Shown here piece after piece: positions 27,512 to 39,527 of a DNA stretch of 64,000 nt. This DNA comes from Octopus sinensis. Taxonomy: Eukaryota. Location: positions 33,294,001 to 33,358,000 of the forward strand of contig NC_043007.1 of NCBI RefSeq assembly GCF_006345805.1, written 5' to 3'. The stretch's first letter is position 1. Each line of letters begins with the position of its first letter. Position numbers and translations under genes: made by a program. Under the pieces are notes generated by a model, which saw only the letters and a program-made list of their open reading frames with translations, did not search any database and was not told the DNA's origin.

Positions 27512-27730
27512 CTAGGGGTCCTGAAAACTTCCTGGCTTTAAGGGTATCACAAAAGGCTTGGTTGGCAGCCCACCCTCTGAGTTCTCTTACACAGCTTAGA
27601 AAAACTGATTGACAACTGCAATAAGTGTGTGAATCTGAGGGGGGAATATGTTGAATAAAATCATAATTAACTGATTCTCCTGTATTTTATTTTTCTTTAC
27701 CCAAACCCCCAAATTTTCAGCACCTCTTCA
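27512..27730 (+). mobile_element. Mariner-derived MITE with TA target duplication
   Basis: TIR-like ends CTAGGGGTCCTGAAAA and TTTTCAGCACCTCTTCA flanked by TA; internal KCVNLRGEYVE* is the mariner transposase C-terminal motif. Confidence 0.8.
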
Positions 27731-28110
27731 TACATTCTGAATTTAAATGTTGTTGAGTTTGCTTTTACCTTTCATCCTCTTGGGGATGGGGTTGATAAAA
27801 TAAAGTAACAAACAAGTGCTGGGGTTGATATAATCAACTTCCCCTTCCTCAAAATTTCAGGCTTGCACTTATAGCAGAAACAATTATTATCCTGAATACA
27901 CATCGACATATATTCAGAGAAAAATATTCTTGCATACATTCACATACACATACAAAAGAAAATTAGATAAATTAGACTGGTTCTGCAAGTGTTGGCCCAG
28001 ACCATGTCTAATTTAATTATACTATTAACTGAAGAATTGTCTTAAGTCATATTTAATTTTGACTTAAAATATAACATTAATGGAGTTGTCAGTCAAAATA
28101 TTCTTTTATA

Positions 28111-28377
28111 TTCTTTTACATGTTTCAATCACTTGACTGTGGCTATGCTGAGTACTGTCTTAAAGGGTTTTAGACAAAGAAATCGTCCCCAAGACTTATT
28201 ATTTGTAAGCTTGGTACTTATTCTATCAGTCTCTTTTGCCAAACCACTAAATTACGGGGCAAAAACATACCGACATTGGTTGTCAAAGCAATGGTGGGGG
28301 GACAAACACAGATACAAAGACACACAAATATACATACATACTTACATATCTATATACATACATACATACATATATAA

Positions 28378-28429
<52 letters not shown>

Positions 28430-28930
28430 ATGTGTGTATGTGTAAGTGTATATATATATATATAATCAAAATAAGCAACATAGATATCCAAGGTAGTGTA
28501 GTACAATTGTTTCATGCTACTTCATGTATATATATATATATATATATAGTTAATCCAAACATGAACAAAGAGAAAACACAACAACGCGAGGATGTGGAAC
28601 AAGTATAGTGTTATTGGACGCTCAGGAAAGGAAAGAAAGAAGGAGGATTTAATGTTTCGAGTGGAGCTCTTCGTCAGAAACATAGAAAGAGAAAAGGTCC
28701 AAGGAAGGGAAGATGGAGAAAGAAAATCGCCAACGATACACATGTGGCCACATATTGAAATATATATATATATACACACACACACACAATGAGCATTTTT
28801 CAGTTTCTGTCAACCAAATCTACTCACAAGGCTTTGGTTGGCCTGAAGCTCAAGGTGCTATGCAGTGGGACTGAGCCTGGAGCCATGTGATTAGTAAGTA
28901 AAGTTCTTACCGCACAGCCACACCTGTACC
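28111..28930 (-). mobile_element. SINE family A interrupted in its internal microsatellite by two Penelope-like short elements (28464-28526, 28546-28760)
   Basis: Tail half 28111-28330, head half 28790-28930, inserts flanked by (TA)n. Confidence 0.75.
28647..28681 (-). ncRNA. Minimal hammerhead-like motif H2 (intact CUGACGA core)
   Basis: GTTT-CTGACGA-A-GAG[CTCCA]CTC-GAAAC-AT-T-AAAT; helix III ACGT decayed to ACAT. Confidence 0.6.
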
Positions 28931-29237
28931 TAAATATCTAAATATTGATTGTTTGTCTGATATTTTTGTCCAGGTAAAATTTGAAGTTTAGAGATATCTT
29001 TTCTTAGCTTGATATATTTCAAAATAATGTTGAATAAAACAAAGCCACCTGAGAGAAATAATAAAAAATAAAAGGTTATGTCACAACATGCTTATGTTGT
29101 CTGAGTATGATTTTTGTTGGAAACTTGAGCCTTGGATGATTTTAAAACTTGATAGTGATATCATTTGGGCAAAACTGATGAAGTAAATGGTGAAACAGTT
29201 ACTGTGGTTTTGGAGAGGATTTTGTGAGTATATAAAA

Positions 29238-29352
29238 CTAAACCCAATAATCAAGCCCTGTCATGTTATAATTTTCCACTTTCACATTTTCATTATCGTT
29301 GTCCTCTGAGTCACTTAAATTTTCATCATGCTTTGTTTGGTATGAGGAGACC
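29238..29352 (-). CDS. Candidate coding exon (R)VSSYQTKHDENLSDSEDNDNENVKVENYNMTGLDYWV*
   Basis: Strong acceptor ACCATTTCTCCTTAG, single open frame, acidic protein-like composition; no homology recognised. Confidence 0.25.
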
Positions 29353-29493
29353 CTAAGGAGAAATGGTACTTTATGTGTTAACATGAAGAGAATAGAAGTG
29401 GTTGCTGAGAGAAATAACACTCACACAAAACAGAAACAAAGCACTATCAACTGGAAGGTATAAGTTTATGAGCCAATGAGGCAGCCTCTATAT

Positions 29494-30014
29494 CAGTGGT
29501 TCCCGACCAATTTTTTTACCTGTGGATCCCTTTGATTCCTATTTTACTCTTCAGGTATTCGAAGTTTAAAAAATTCCCTTATATTTTTGTAATTCGATAT
29601 TATAAAAAAAAAATAATAAATGCACCCTTTTAAAGCCTAGCCAGGCTCATGGGCCCAGTTTCCCAGTTTCAATGGCATATCTGTTCCCCAGCTGGACAGG
29701 ACGCCAGTCCATTGTAGCATTACTCATTTTTGCTAGCTGAGTGGACTGGAGCAACGTGAAATGAAGTGTTTTGCTCAAGAACACAACGCGTCACCTGGTC
29801 CAGGAATCCAAACCACAACCTTACAATCATGAGTTCAATACACTAACCACTAAGCCACGTGCCTCCACAATTAAATATTAGCAATTATATTTAAAAAATG
29901 GTTAAAATATCTTGTGTATCGTAGAAGTATAACTGATTTATTTTACATGATTTTTAACAGCAAAATTTTATGTGGATCTCTGAGAAACATATAGACCCCA
30001 GTTGAGAATCACTG
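29494..30014. mobile_element. hAT (Charlie-like) MITE containing a CORE-SINE insertion (29620-29868, minus strand)
   Basis: TIRs CAGTGGTTCCCGACC and GTTGAGAATCACTG; 8-bp flanks CTCTATAT and CTTTAAAG share 5 of 8 bases. Confidence 0.7.
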
Positions 30015-30509
30015 CTTTAAAGGGTTGCTCAGCTTGCTAGAAATGGCAGCCAAATCTCTCTTTATCATGCTGAAATTATGTTCCATGCTATTCAAGTGTA
30101 AGAGAAGAGCACGTTTAACAGTGAATTCAATTATGATGATACATCATGTAAAAATTAAAGACTGTTTAGTCCTTGCTGGAATGCCTTTGGTAGGTAGTCC
30201 TAGCTATAATATGACTAAATTGGCCATATGATGATTGTGACTAGACTACCTCTGTTAGATCAGCACTGACCCGAGATGAACCAACAGCAGCAACAACAAC
30301 AAATAACTAAACCACTAACTTCACTCTAAAACAATAAAAGAATTTCTTTGTCGAGCCACCAAGTTTTGGCATCAGTTCAAAGAAAATTTAGGTAATTTCT
30401 TCAATTTGTTCTTTAATTATATTTCAAAGAAGACTTTTGAAACAAATGGAAAGATAATTCTTATTTTTATTCTTAAACTAACTTTTATTGGCACAAAAGA
30501 AAAGAATGC

Positions 30510-30872
30510 TGTTGTTATTACTAATATTATTATTATTATATCATTATTATTATTATTATTATTTATTATTATTATTATTTTATTATTATTATTATTATCA
30601 TTATTATTATTATTATTATTATTATTTATTATTATTATTTTATTATTATTATATGATTATTATTATTATCATTATTATTATTATTATATTATTATTATAT
30701 CATTATTATTATTATTATCATTATATTATTATTATTATTATTATTATCATTATTATTATTATATTATTATTATTCATTATTATTATTATATTATTATTAT
30801 TATTATTATTATTATTATCATTATATTATTATTATTATTAATATATTATTATTATCATTATTATTATCATTA

Positions 30873-30904
<32 letters not shown>

Positions 30905-30920
30905 CATTATTATCATTATT
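30510..30920. repeat. (ATT)/(ATC) microsatellite
   Basis: Directly visible; explains ORFs 30406 and 30488. Confidence 0.95.
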
Positions 30921-31287
30921 TGATTTGAAGTCCAGCAATGTCAATAGAAACACATTTTAAAATATGTATTTATATAATAGAAAGGCTATCTAGCTGCAGT
31001 TATATTCAGATAAAATTGCTAAGATAATGTGAAATTTTAGTCTAGGTATGCATACTTAAGTAACATTATCAAACTTGATTGGCACTGAAATCGGTAAGGA
31101 CATGTTCTGGAAACAAACCAAAGCATTAATTAGAAGCTGTTAGTTACTGGCCTGGGAGAAAAACAATGGCTGCTTGCCAGATTGTCAAATGCTCTAGAAA
31201 TGCTTCATTAGATCCATATCATATTGACCAAGCTTATCAAAAATATGGCTTAGGATAAATACTATTGGAGAACGTTCTGCATTGAAA

Positions 31288-31332
<45 letters not shown>

Positions 31333-31514
31333 CAGCAGAGTAACACATGTTTGTAATAGTGAGTGGAATAATTCTGATTAATTGTGATTAACAGAGCAAT
31401 TAGTAGTCAAAAACCTCCTGAAGTAGTGTTTAAAATCAGACTTGGCAATGGTCTGACATGGTCAGCAGACAAATCAGCCATGGAAATTTTGATTAATAGG
31501 CGCTGAGATTTTAG

Positions 31515-31564
31515 TAATATTATTATTATTATTATTATTAGTAGTAGTAGTAGTAGTAGTAGTG

Positions 31565-31613
<49 letters not shown>

Positions 31614-31680
31614 AAGTAGTAGTAGTAGTGGTTGGTAGTGGTGGTGGTAGTGGTGGTGGTAGTGGTGGTGGTGGTAGTGT
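31515..31680. repeat. (ATT)(AGT)(GGT) compound microsatellite
   Basis: Directly visible. Confidence 0.95.
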
Positions 31681-33179
31681 ATAACATGTATGTTTGTATG
31701 CATAAATGTGTGTATGTATGATTGTATGTATGCATACAAATATGTGTGCATTTACATGTAGATATGTTTCAGCCTTTTGGCTAAGAGCAAAGTGTTGCAC
31801 TATATAACTATGCATGTATGTATATGATATATAAATATATACATATATATATAATCATCGTCATTTAACATCCATTTTCCATGCGCTGCCCATGCGACAA
31901 GTCTGTTTTGCATGGTTTCTACAGCTGGATGCCCTTCCTAATGCCAACATATATTTATATTTCAAGTGGGCCTCACAGAGGCACAGTGGTTGAGTTCCTT
32001 TCAAGCATTGGGCCTCATGGAGGCAAAGTGGCCGAGTTCCTTTTGAGCGTTGGGTTTCATGGAAGCAATGACCAAGACCTTTGGCATTATGTTATGCTTG
32101 AGAAGAAGACCCATCAAGCCGAGCAAAATTGCAGTCATGGCAGATACCGGTGTCACACAAATCGCACCCATGCTGGTGGCATGAAAAAGCACCCATTACA
32201 CTCTTGGAGTGGTTGGCATTAGGAAGGGCATCCAGCTGTAGAAAACCATGCCAAATCAGACTGGAGCTTGGTGCAGCCTTCCAGCGTACCAGTTCAGTCA
32301 AACCGTCCAACCCATGCCAGCATGGACAACAAACATTAAATGATGAGATGATGATATATGTATATATGTGTGTGTGTGTTTGCATGTTTGTGTATGTGTG
32401 TATATATGTTTGTAAGTATACACACACAGATACATTCTTCACAAGACACTACCACTCCTGTACTGCCAACCGGAAACTCACACTCTCTCTAAGGGATGTG
32501 TGGACAATATACTCTCTCTTTCCCTTGCGATTGTACCAGTAAATGCACCAGTATACCCTGTGAAATAGTGGGCAAATTTTGAGCAAAGAATACATGGCTT
32601 TCTGGGGCCTCTTTGTTAAACCCCTCAAATGTTATTGCCATGGAAACTACACCTAGTATACACTCTGAAAAGTGGTTGGCAACAGGAAGGATATCCAGGT
32701 GTTGAAACCAAATGAACTAATATGCAAGAACATTAGTCCATGGAAGCAACAGGTTTGAATAGATGATTCAGACTGTGACATGTTCAGCCCATGCAAGCAT
32801 GGAAAATTGATGTAAAAGTATTACATGTGAAAATTTATATATGTATATGTGTGTGCCTATTTTCTATTGTGTATGTATATGAGCATGTGTGTGTGTGTGT
32901 GTGTGTGAGTATATGGTCACCTACTGTGAAATACAAAATTAATTTTTTCAGCTTCTCATACTCCAGTGCAAAAAAATCCACAAATTTCTGCTTCAGTAAA
33001 CCACTATTGTTCATGAAAGTTGTCTGTTATATAATTGCTATGAATTGCTTGAAGCTAACTTTCTTTCTACACTTTGATCCTTGAATCTTACATTTCATGT
33101 GTGTGTGTGTGTTTATGCATATCTGTATTTATACATTTATGCATATGTGTATTCATATGTGTATATATATATATATTCG

Positions 33180-33302
33180 AATTTTTTGTGTAATAAGATA
33201 AAAAAACCAAGCGCCACATAGATATTAGAGCATTTATAGATATCTATAAATGCTCTAATATCTATACAGCCTTGGTTTTTTTAATCTTATTACGCAAAAA
33301 AT
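33180..33302. repeat. Fold-back (48-bp perfect palindrome 33218-33265 plus imperfect outer arms); second copy 34436-34558
   Basis: ATAGATATTAGAGCATTTATAGA-TA-TCTATAAATGCTCTAATATCTAT; arms homologous to 36435-36500. Confidence 0.9.
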
Positions 33303-33522
33303 TTGTATATACACACACTGACATAGAACCAACGTTGAACCCTTTATTCACAATATTACCGAATCCGGAACTTAACTATGGTCTGTCTATAGCACTTATT
33401 CAGCATTACCTACACCTTTGGGTCTCAATGACACCAGTATCTCTTATATATATGATTGATTGATTCTAGTTTCAGCTCATGAGCTGTGGCCATGCTGGGG
33501 CACCGCCATTTACATGTATATG

Positions 33523-33932
33523 TACTCTTTTACTCTTTTACTTGTTTCAATCATTTAACTGTGGCCATGCTGAGCACCGCCTTTAGTCAAGCAAATCGAC
33601 CCCATGACTTATTCTTTGTAAGCCTTGTACTTATTCTATCGGTCTCTTTTGCCGAACCGCTAAGTTATAGGGATGTAAACACACCAGCATCGGTCGTCAA
33701 GCGATGCTGGGGAGACAAACACAGACACACATACATATATATATATATATATACACATATATACATATATACGATGGGCTTCTTTCAGTTTCTGTCTACC
33801 AAATCCACTCGCAAGGCTTTGGTCAGTCCGAGGCTATAGTAGAAGACACTTGCCCAAGGTGCCATATAGTAGGACTGAACCCAGAAGCATGTGGCTCGTA
33901 AGTAAGCTACTTACCAGACACACAGCCACTGC
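33523..33932 (-). mobile_element. SINE family A (duplicate at 34779-35189)
   Basis: Full-length match. Confidence 0.9.
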
Positions 33933-34023
33933 TATAGTTCAAATTTATAGAAAAACAAAAGACGAAGACAGGTGAATGAACAACAAACAGGTGTATTAGT
34001 TTGAGGCTCAGGAAAATGAAAGT

Positions 34024-34059
34024 CTTTTATGTTTCGAGCCTAGACTCTTCATCAGAAAG
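34024..34059 (-). ncRNA. Minimal hammerhead-like motif H1b (intact CUGAUGA core), in element 33933-34129
   Basis: CTTT-CTGATGA-A-GAGT[CTAG]GCTC-GAAAC-AT-A-AAAG. Confidence 0.65.
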
Positions 34060-35279
34060 GAATAAGAGAAAATAAACAGAGAGAGAATGAAAAAAAAAAA
34101 CACTTGTAGATTTAGCGGTCAAGCATGAAGTGTGTGTGTGTGTGTGGTGTGTGTGTGTGTGAGTATATGGTCACCTACTGTGAAATACAAAATTAATTTT
34201 TTCAGCTTCTCATACTCCAGTGCAAAAAAATCCACAAATTTCTGCTTCAGTAAACCACTATTGTTCATGAAAGTTGTCTGTTATATAATTGCTATGAATT
34301 GCTTGAAGCTAACTTTCTTTCTACACTTTGATCCTTGAATCTTACATTTCATGTGTGTGTGTGTGTTTATGCATATCTGTATTTATACATTTATGCATAT
34401 GTGTATTCATATGTGTATATATATATATATATTCGAATTTTTTGTGTAATAGGATAAAAAAACCAAGCGCCACATAGATATTAGAGCATTTATAGATATC
34501 TATAAATGCTCTAATATCTATACAGCCTTGGTTTTTTTAATCTTATTACGCAAAAAATTTGTATATACACACACTGACATAGAACCAACGTTGAACCCTT
34601 TATTCACAATATTACCGAATCCGGAACTTAACTATGGTCTGTCTATAGCACTTATTCAGCATTACCTACACCTTTGGGTCTCAATGACACCAGTATCTCT
34701 TATATATATGATTGATTGATTCTAGTTTCAGCTCATGAGCTGTGGCCATGCTGGGGCACCGCCATTTACATGTATATGTACTCTTTTACTCTTTTACTTG
34801 TTTCAATCATTTAACTGTGGCCATGCTGAGCACCGCCTTTAGTCAAGCAAATCGACCCCATGACTTATTCTTTGTAAGCCTTGTACTTATTCTATCGGTC
34901 TCTTTTGCCGAACCGCTAAGTTATAGGGATGTAAACACACCAGCATCGGTCGTCAAGCGATGCTGGGGAGACAAACACAGACACACATACATATATATAT
35001 ATATATATACACATATATACATATATACGATGGGCTTCTTTCAGTTTCTGTCTACCAAATCCACTCGCAAGGCTTTGGTCAGTCCGAGGCTATAGTAGAA
35101 GACACTTGCCCAAGGTGCCATATAGTAGGACTGAACCCAGAAGCATGTGGCTCGTAAGTAAGCTACTTACCAGACACACAGCCACTGCTATAGTTCAAAT
35201 TTATAGAAAAACAAAAGACGAAGACAGGTGAATGAACAACAAACAGGTGTATTAGTTTGAGGCTCAGGAAAATGAAAGT

Positions 35280-35315
35280 CTTTTATGTTTCGAGTCTAGA
35301 CTCTTCATCAGAAAG
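35280..35315 (-). ncRNA. Minimal hammerhead-like motif H1c, in element 35190-35385
   Basis: CTTT-CTGATGA-A-GAGT[CTAG]ACTC-GAAAC-AT-A-AAAG; fully Watson-Crick stem II. Confidence 0.65.
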
Positions 35316-35383
35316 GAATAAGAGAAAATAAACAGAGAGAGAATGAAAAAAAAAAACACTTGTAGATTTAGCGGTCAAGCATG

Positions 35384-35423
<40 letters not shown>

Positions 35424-35899
35424 ACATATATGAATATATCTAAGTGTGTAGGCATGAGGCTGTGTACAAAAGGAACACAGAAAACATAATTGGTAGTCAT
35501 GGGTTTATATAACAGTAGCACATGTCAGAGGATCAACAAATATTAATTATAAGAGCTTAAATGCCCAGTTGCATGATAAATGCAGCCAAACTTGGCTCCA
35601 AAGCATTTGCGCCGGATTTACAGTTTGAGGATGATTTACTTTCACCTTTTCTCTTGGAGATTCTGTAACAGAATGCGGACAGTACTGTCCCTTTTGACTA
35701 AAAGACAAAAGGCAAACAACCAGTGAAATTTTGAAGTCAATGGTGACATATTTGCCTTGTGAAAGTAAATGTGACGATCAAATCGTTTGAGTAATCTTTC
35801 CTTCAAGTAACATCTGATTACTGTTTTATATAAGTATATGTATGTGTGTGTCTGTCTGTCTGTATATGTGTGTATGTATGCATGTGTATATATGTATGT

Positions 35900-36415
35900 G
35901 TCAGGTCACTTTCGAGTGCTACTGGTAACATGTAACCCAGTACAACCTGTTGCGTGGTCGGATCGTCGGCAACTAAACTGGCAAACCCCACCAAGCTTGC
36001 TTGGTGAGGAGGGTGTTTATTGGACACCCTGCAGGATGAAAAACAAAACCTGTCAAAGGGCGGAGGAACTCTTGAGAGTCAACAGCCATCCAATAAATCT
36101 CTTAAGGCTGTACCATGCGTGGGGACTTAGAAATAATCGGACTGAATACCCGACTGTGTGGTTAAACCATTGGGAGTGAAGGACTCCTAGCCTTTGTTAG
36201 GGCATCCTTCTAGGAGAAGGTAATTCAGTTAACTGGGATAACTCCAATATAAAACCTGTGGCTCAGTGGTTACCAATAATGTTGACTTGTTCTTCTTTTC
36301 GGATTATGGCCTTTCCTCACTTTAAAAAAATCTTCTTGCACAGGCATTGCACGATAACAACATTGATTAATCTTCATGCAATTACCATATTCGATAATGA
36401 GGGGGCAGCCACCAT
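35900..36415 (+). mobile_element. Probable retroposon / RTE-type 5'-region fragment
   Basis: Higher-GC island with GGGCATCCTTCTAGGAGAAGGTAA, reminiscent of RTE 5' UTRs; flanked by microsatellites. Confidence 0.35.
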
Positions 36416-36505
36416 ATGTATGTGTATGTATCTATGAATTTTTTGTGTAATGAGATAAAAAAAAAACCAAGGCTGTATAGATATTAGAGCATTTCTAGAT
36501 AGAAG

Positions 36506-36557
36506 GTCTTACAGCTGTTTCTAGGATATTAATTAATAATATTCCTTCATCGGAGAC
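36506..36557 (-). ncRNA. Hammerhead-like motif H3 (CCGAUGA variant), in element about 36430-36615
   Basis: GTCT-CCGATGA-AGGAATATTA[TTAAT]TAATATCCT-A-GAAAC-AGCT-GT-A-AGAC: 4-bp stem I, long stem II, palindromic ACAGCTGT helix III, GUA triplet. Confidence 0.65.
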
Positions 36558-37797
36558 GGTGTGAGAGGAAAAATTAAGTCATAGTTAGTTTCGATGTGAT
36601 ACAAATAGATGTAAGATATATATGTATGTGTATGTATCTATATATATACATATGTGTGTGAATACATGTATATCTATATGTGTGTGCATGTGTTTGGCTG
36701 TATGTGCTTCTGTGCATGTGTTTGGCTGTATGTGCTTCTGTGCATGCGTCTGTGGCTGCATGTGGATGTGTGCATCAACATATACATGCATACATATACA
36801 TACATACATATACACCCAAACATACACTCGTACAAACAGACAAAGAAAAAAAAAATAGAACTTATATGGATTTCAGATAGAGGGAATAGCAAAATAATAG
36901 TTTATGCTTTAGTTCATTCATTCAATCGCATTCCCATTGCAGATAATACCATTATTGCTCGCTGCCTGCTGCATTAGAGACAGAGTTTCCTGGTGCATTA
37001 CCAAATGGAGTTACACTATTGTCTACTGCACTCAACTTCACAATTACATTTGTCTGTTGTATGTTGTTTCCCTTCAGATTACTCATGTCTACTGCACTAG
37101 CAATTACCATTTAGTGTTGTTAGGTGCATTATAGACATCACTGATATTTTGTTTACTTTAACGTTGAAATCCATTTATACAAATTGCTGTGATCCGTGCT
37201 CTCTTAGAAAGTCAATTACGATATAGAAAAAACTGTTTGATGAAAATTCTTGTTGCAATATGGTTTTATTATTGTTATCATTATCATCATCATCATCATC
37301 ACCACACCTGACTGGCTGACAAAAAAAATATATATATATATTGTAAACTAAACATACTTTGTCTGACACATTGAACTTTGGCACATTTGATGATGTGTTA
37401 GAGGTTAGTGTGTTATAGATAAGCAGTGATTTGGTCACCACTGCTGACCCGCCAACAGAAGAGTTTGAAACACCCAATATGTGTGTGTGTGTATGTGTGC
37501 ATGCATGTGTGTATATGTATATAATCATGGAGGCACATGGCTTAGTGGTTAGGGTGTCAGACTCATGATTGTAAGATTGTGGTTTTGATTTCCGGACCAA
37601 GCAACACACTGGTCTATGAAAAAAAAAACAAGAAGGTTGATGCAAAAAGTGGAACAAGACAAAGGGTGAATATACATGGAAAAAGAAAGGAAACCAAAAG
37701 TTGGATCACTTTTGTCCATAGAAATCATATCTAATCTAGCTGGTGAAGAATAATACAAGGCAGTGGCTAAACTCTGTCGTATAACAGCTCAATCCTG

Positions 37798-37960
37798 ATA
37801 GGGTGGTGTCCTCCAGATTGACAAAACAAATTTCTCCATGTACTTGCATTTGTAAAATATTTGGATCAGGATTAAAGTAGCACCGAGAAATATTTGGATC
37901 TGCTTAACTATCATATATCCACAGCATGAAACTATTGATAACTCCCATTTAAATATTGTG
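37798..37960 (+). pseudogene. LINE apurinic-like endonuclease (APE) remnant
   Basis: GGVLQIDKTNFSMYLHL*NIWIRIKVAPRNIWICLTIIYPQ...HLN resembles the GGGV...E.IW..I.....I..IY.PP pattern of LINE EN domains. Confidence 0.4.
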
Positions 37961-38075
37961 TATATGAAACGATATTCATCTCTCACAGGATGGTATACGT
38001 TTTTGTTGATCCCGCCTGTACTGGAACAGAAAACTATATATATATATATATATATATACCTCTACCCATATATAA

Positions 38076-38118
<43 letters not shown>

Positions 38119-38877
38119 GATGTCAGAGAGTGTTAATGATGAAATATGACTGTCATAAGATATAGCTCAAATACGACAGGCTTCTTTCAGTTTCCATCAA
38201 CCAAATCCACCCACAAGGCTTTGGTTGGCCTGACGCTATAGTAGAAGACACTTGCCCAAGGTGCCATGCAGTGGACTGAACCCAGAACCATGTGGTTGGT
38301 AAGCAAGCTACTTACCACACAGCCACTCCAGCCACAGATATATATATATATATATATATCTGTGTCTTTGTGTCTGTGTTTGTCCCCCACCATTACTTGA
38401 CAACTGGTGTTGGTGTGTTTACATCCCCATAACTTAGCAGTTAGGAAAACGAAAGAGACCACTATAATAAATATCAGGTTTTAAAAAAAATAAGTGTAGC
38501 GGTTGTTTCTTCAATGTGGCATTCAAATGTGGCACATTCTTCATGTCGCATTCAAATGACAAAAACCAGTAGAAGATAAAACAGAAAGAAAATAATAATA
38601 AAAAAAATATAAAATCTCACCTAGCAGAAAAAAAATCTACATGAAATTAATTCTACAGAAAACCAACAGCAACATTTCAAAGACACAGCTGGCATGCCTA
38701 ATTCTTTTACACGGAAGATAAAAACCAGGAGATTTAAAAAATACTGATTAAAGTTTAATAAAGACCTGCTTATTACCTGATTTCTATTGCAGTGTAAAGA
38801 AAAAAAATCTTTTCCTTTGCAATTAAAAATATTAAGTCTGAAAACATTGGTAATAATTTCCACAAAATTTTTTTAAC

Positions 38878-39345
38878 TCCTCGTCTGGCACCTCTGTCAG
38901 TGGCACATAAAAAAACACCATCCGAGCGTGGCCGTTCGCCAGCCTCGTCTGGCACCTGTGTCGGTGGCACATAAAAAACACCATCCGAGCGTGGCCGTTT
39001 GCCAGCCTCGTCTGGCACCTGTGTCGGTGGCACATAAAAAACACCATCTGAGCGTGGCCGTTCGCCAGCCTCGTCTGGCACCTGTGTCGGTGGCACATAA
39101 AAAACACCATCCGAGCGTGGCCGTTTGCCAGCCTCGTCTGGCACCTGTGTCGGTGGCACATAAAATCACCCACTACACTCTCGGAGTGGTTGGCGTTAGG
39201 AAGGGCATCCAGCTGTAGAAACACTGCCAGATCTGACTGGCCTGGTGCAGCCTTCGGGCTCCCCAGACCCCAGTTGAACCGTCCAACCCATGCTAGCATG
39301 GAAAGCGGACGTTAAACGATAATGATGATGATGATGATGATGATG
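38878..39345 (+). mobile_element. Family E retroposon with about 4.5 tandem 63-bp units in its 5' part
   Basis: AGCCTCGTCTGG at 38941, 39004, 39067 and 39130; body and (GAT)n tail follow. Confidence 0.9.
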
Positions 39346-39527
39346 AAAACTGATAATATTATTAAGAATTCAAAAAATATATTTGTGTCAAATCAAGCAA
39401 GACTCAGAACTTCTAAGTAGCTCAGGCTAACTAGCACAAGTTCATTTTATCAGCGATCACCTGGATTTTACTCCTACCCTATCCAAAAAAAAAGGAAAGA
39501 AAAAAAGAAGCTAAGTGAGATATTCTT

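Larger units (their letters stand above)
32885..35400. repeat. Near-identical tandem duplication, unit about 1255 bp, junctions in (GT)n
   Basis: GAGTATATGGTCACC at 32907 and 34161; paired ORFs offset by 1256. Confidence 0.95.

Noticed and set aside
29170-29211. CAAAA-CTGATGA-AGTAAATGGT-GAAACAG-TTA-CTGT-GG-TTTTG hammerhead-like string
   Set aside because: Helices I and III could form, but there is no real stem II and the cleavage position has GG, violating NUH. Possibly a relic, but not supportable.
31395-31496. Frame AISSQKPPEVVFKIRLGNGLTWSADKSAMEILINRR*
   Set aside because: Weak acceptor, the opposite strand is also open, and there is no recognisable family.
35570-35820. Minus frame CYLKERLLKRFDRHIYFHK...KRDSTVRILLQNLQEKR*
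   Set aside because: Possibly a DNA-transposon remnant or small exon, but too short to assign.
37549-38010. About 150-codon minus-strand frame with a single TGA, hydrophobic and membrane-protein-like
   Set aside because: More simply explained as the antisense shadow of a plus-strand LINE endonuclease remnant; the distal part runs into a SINE head.
38878-39165. 63-bp repeats as a CRISPR-like array
   Set aside because: No unique spacers; eukaryotic retroposon context.
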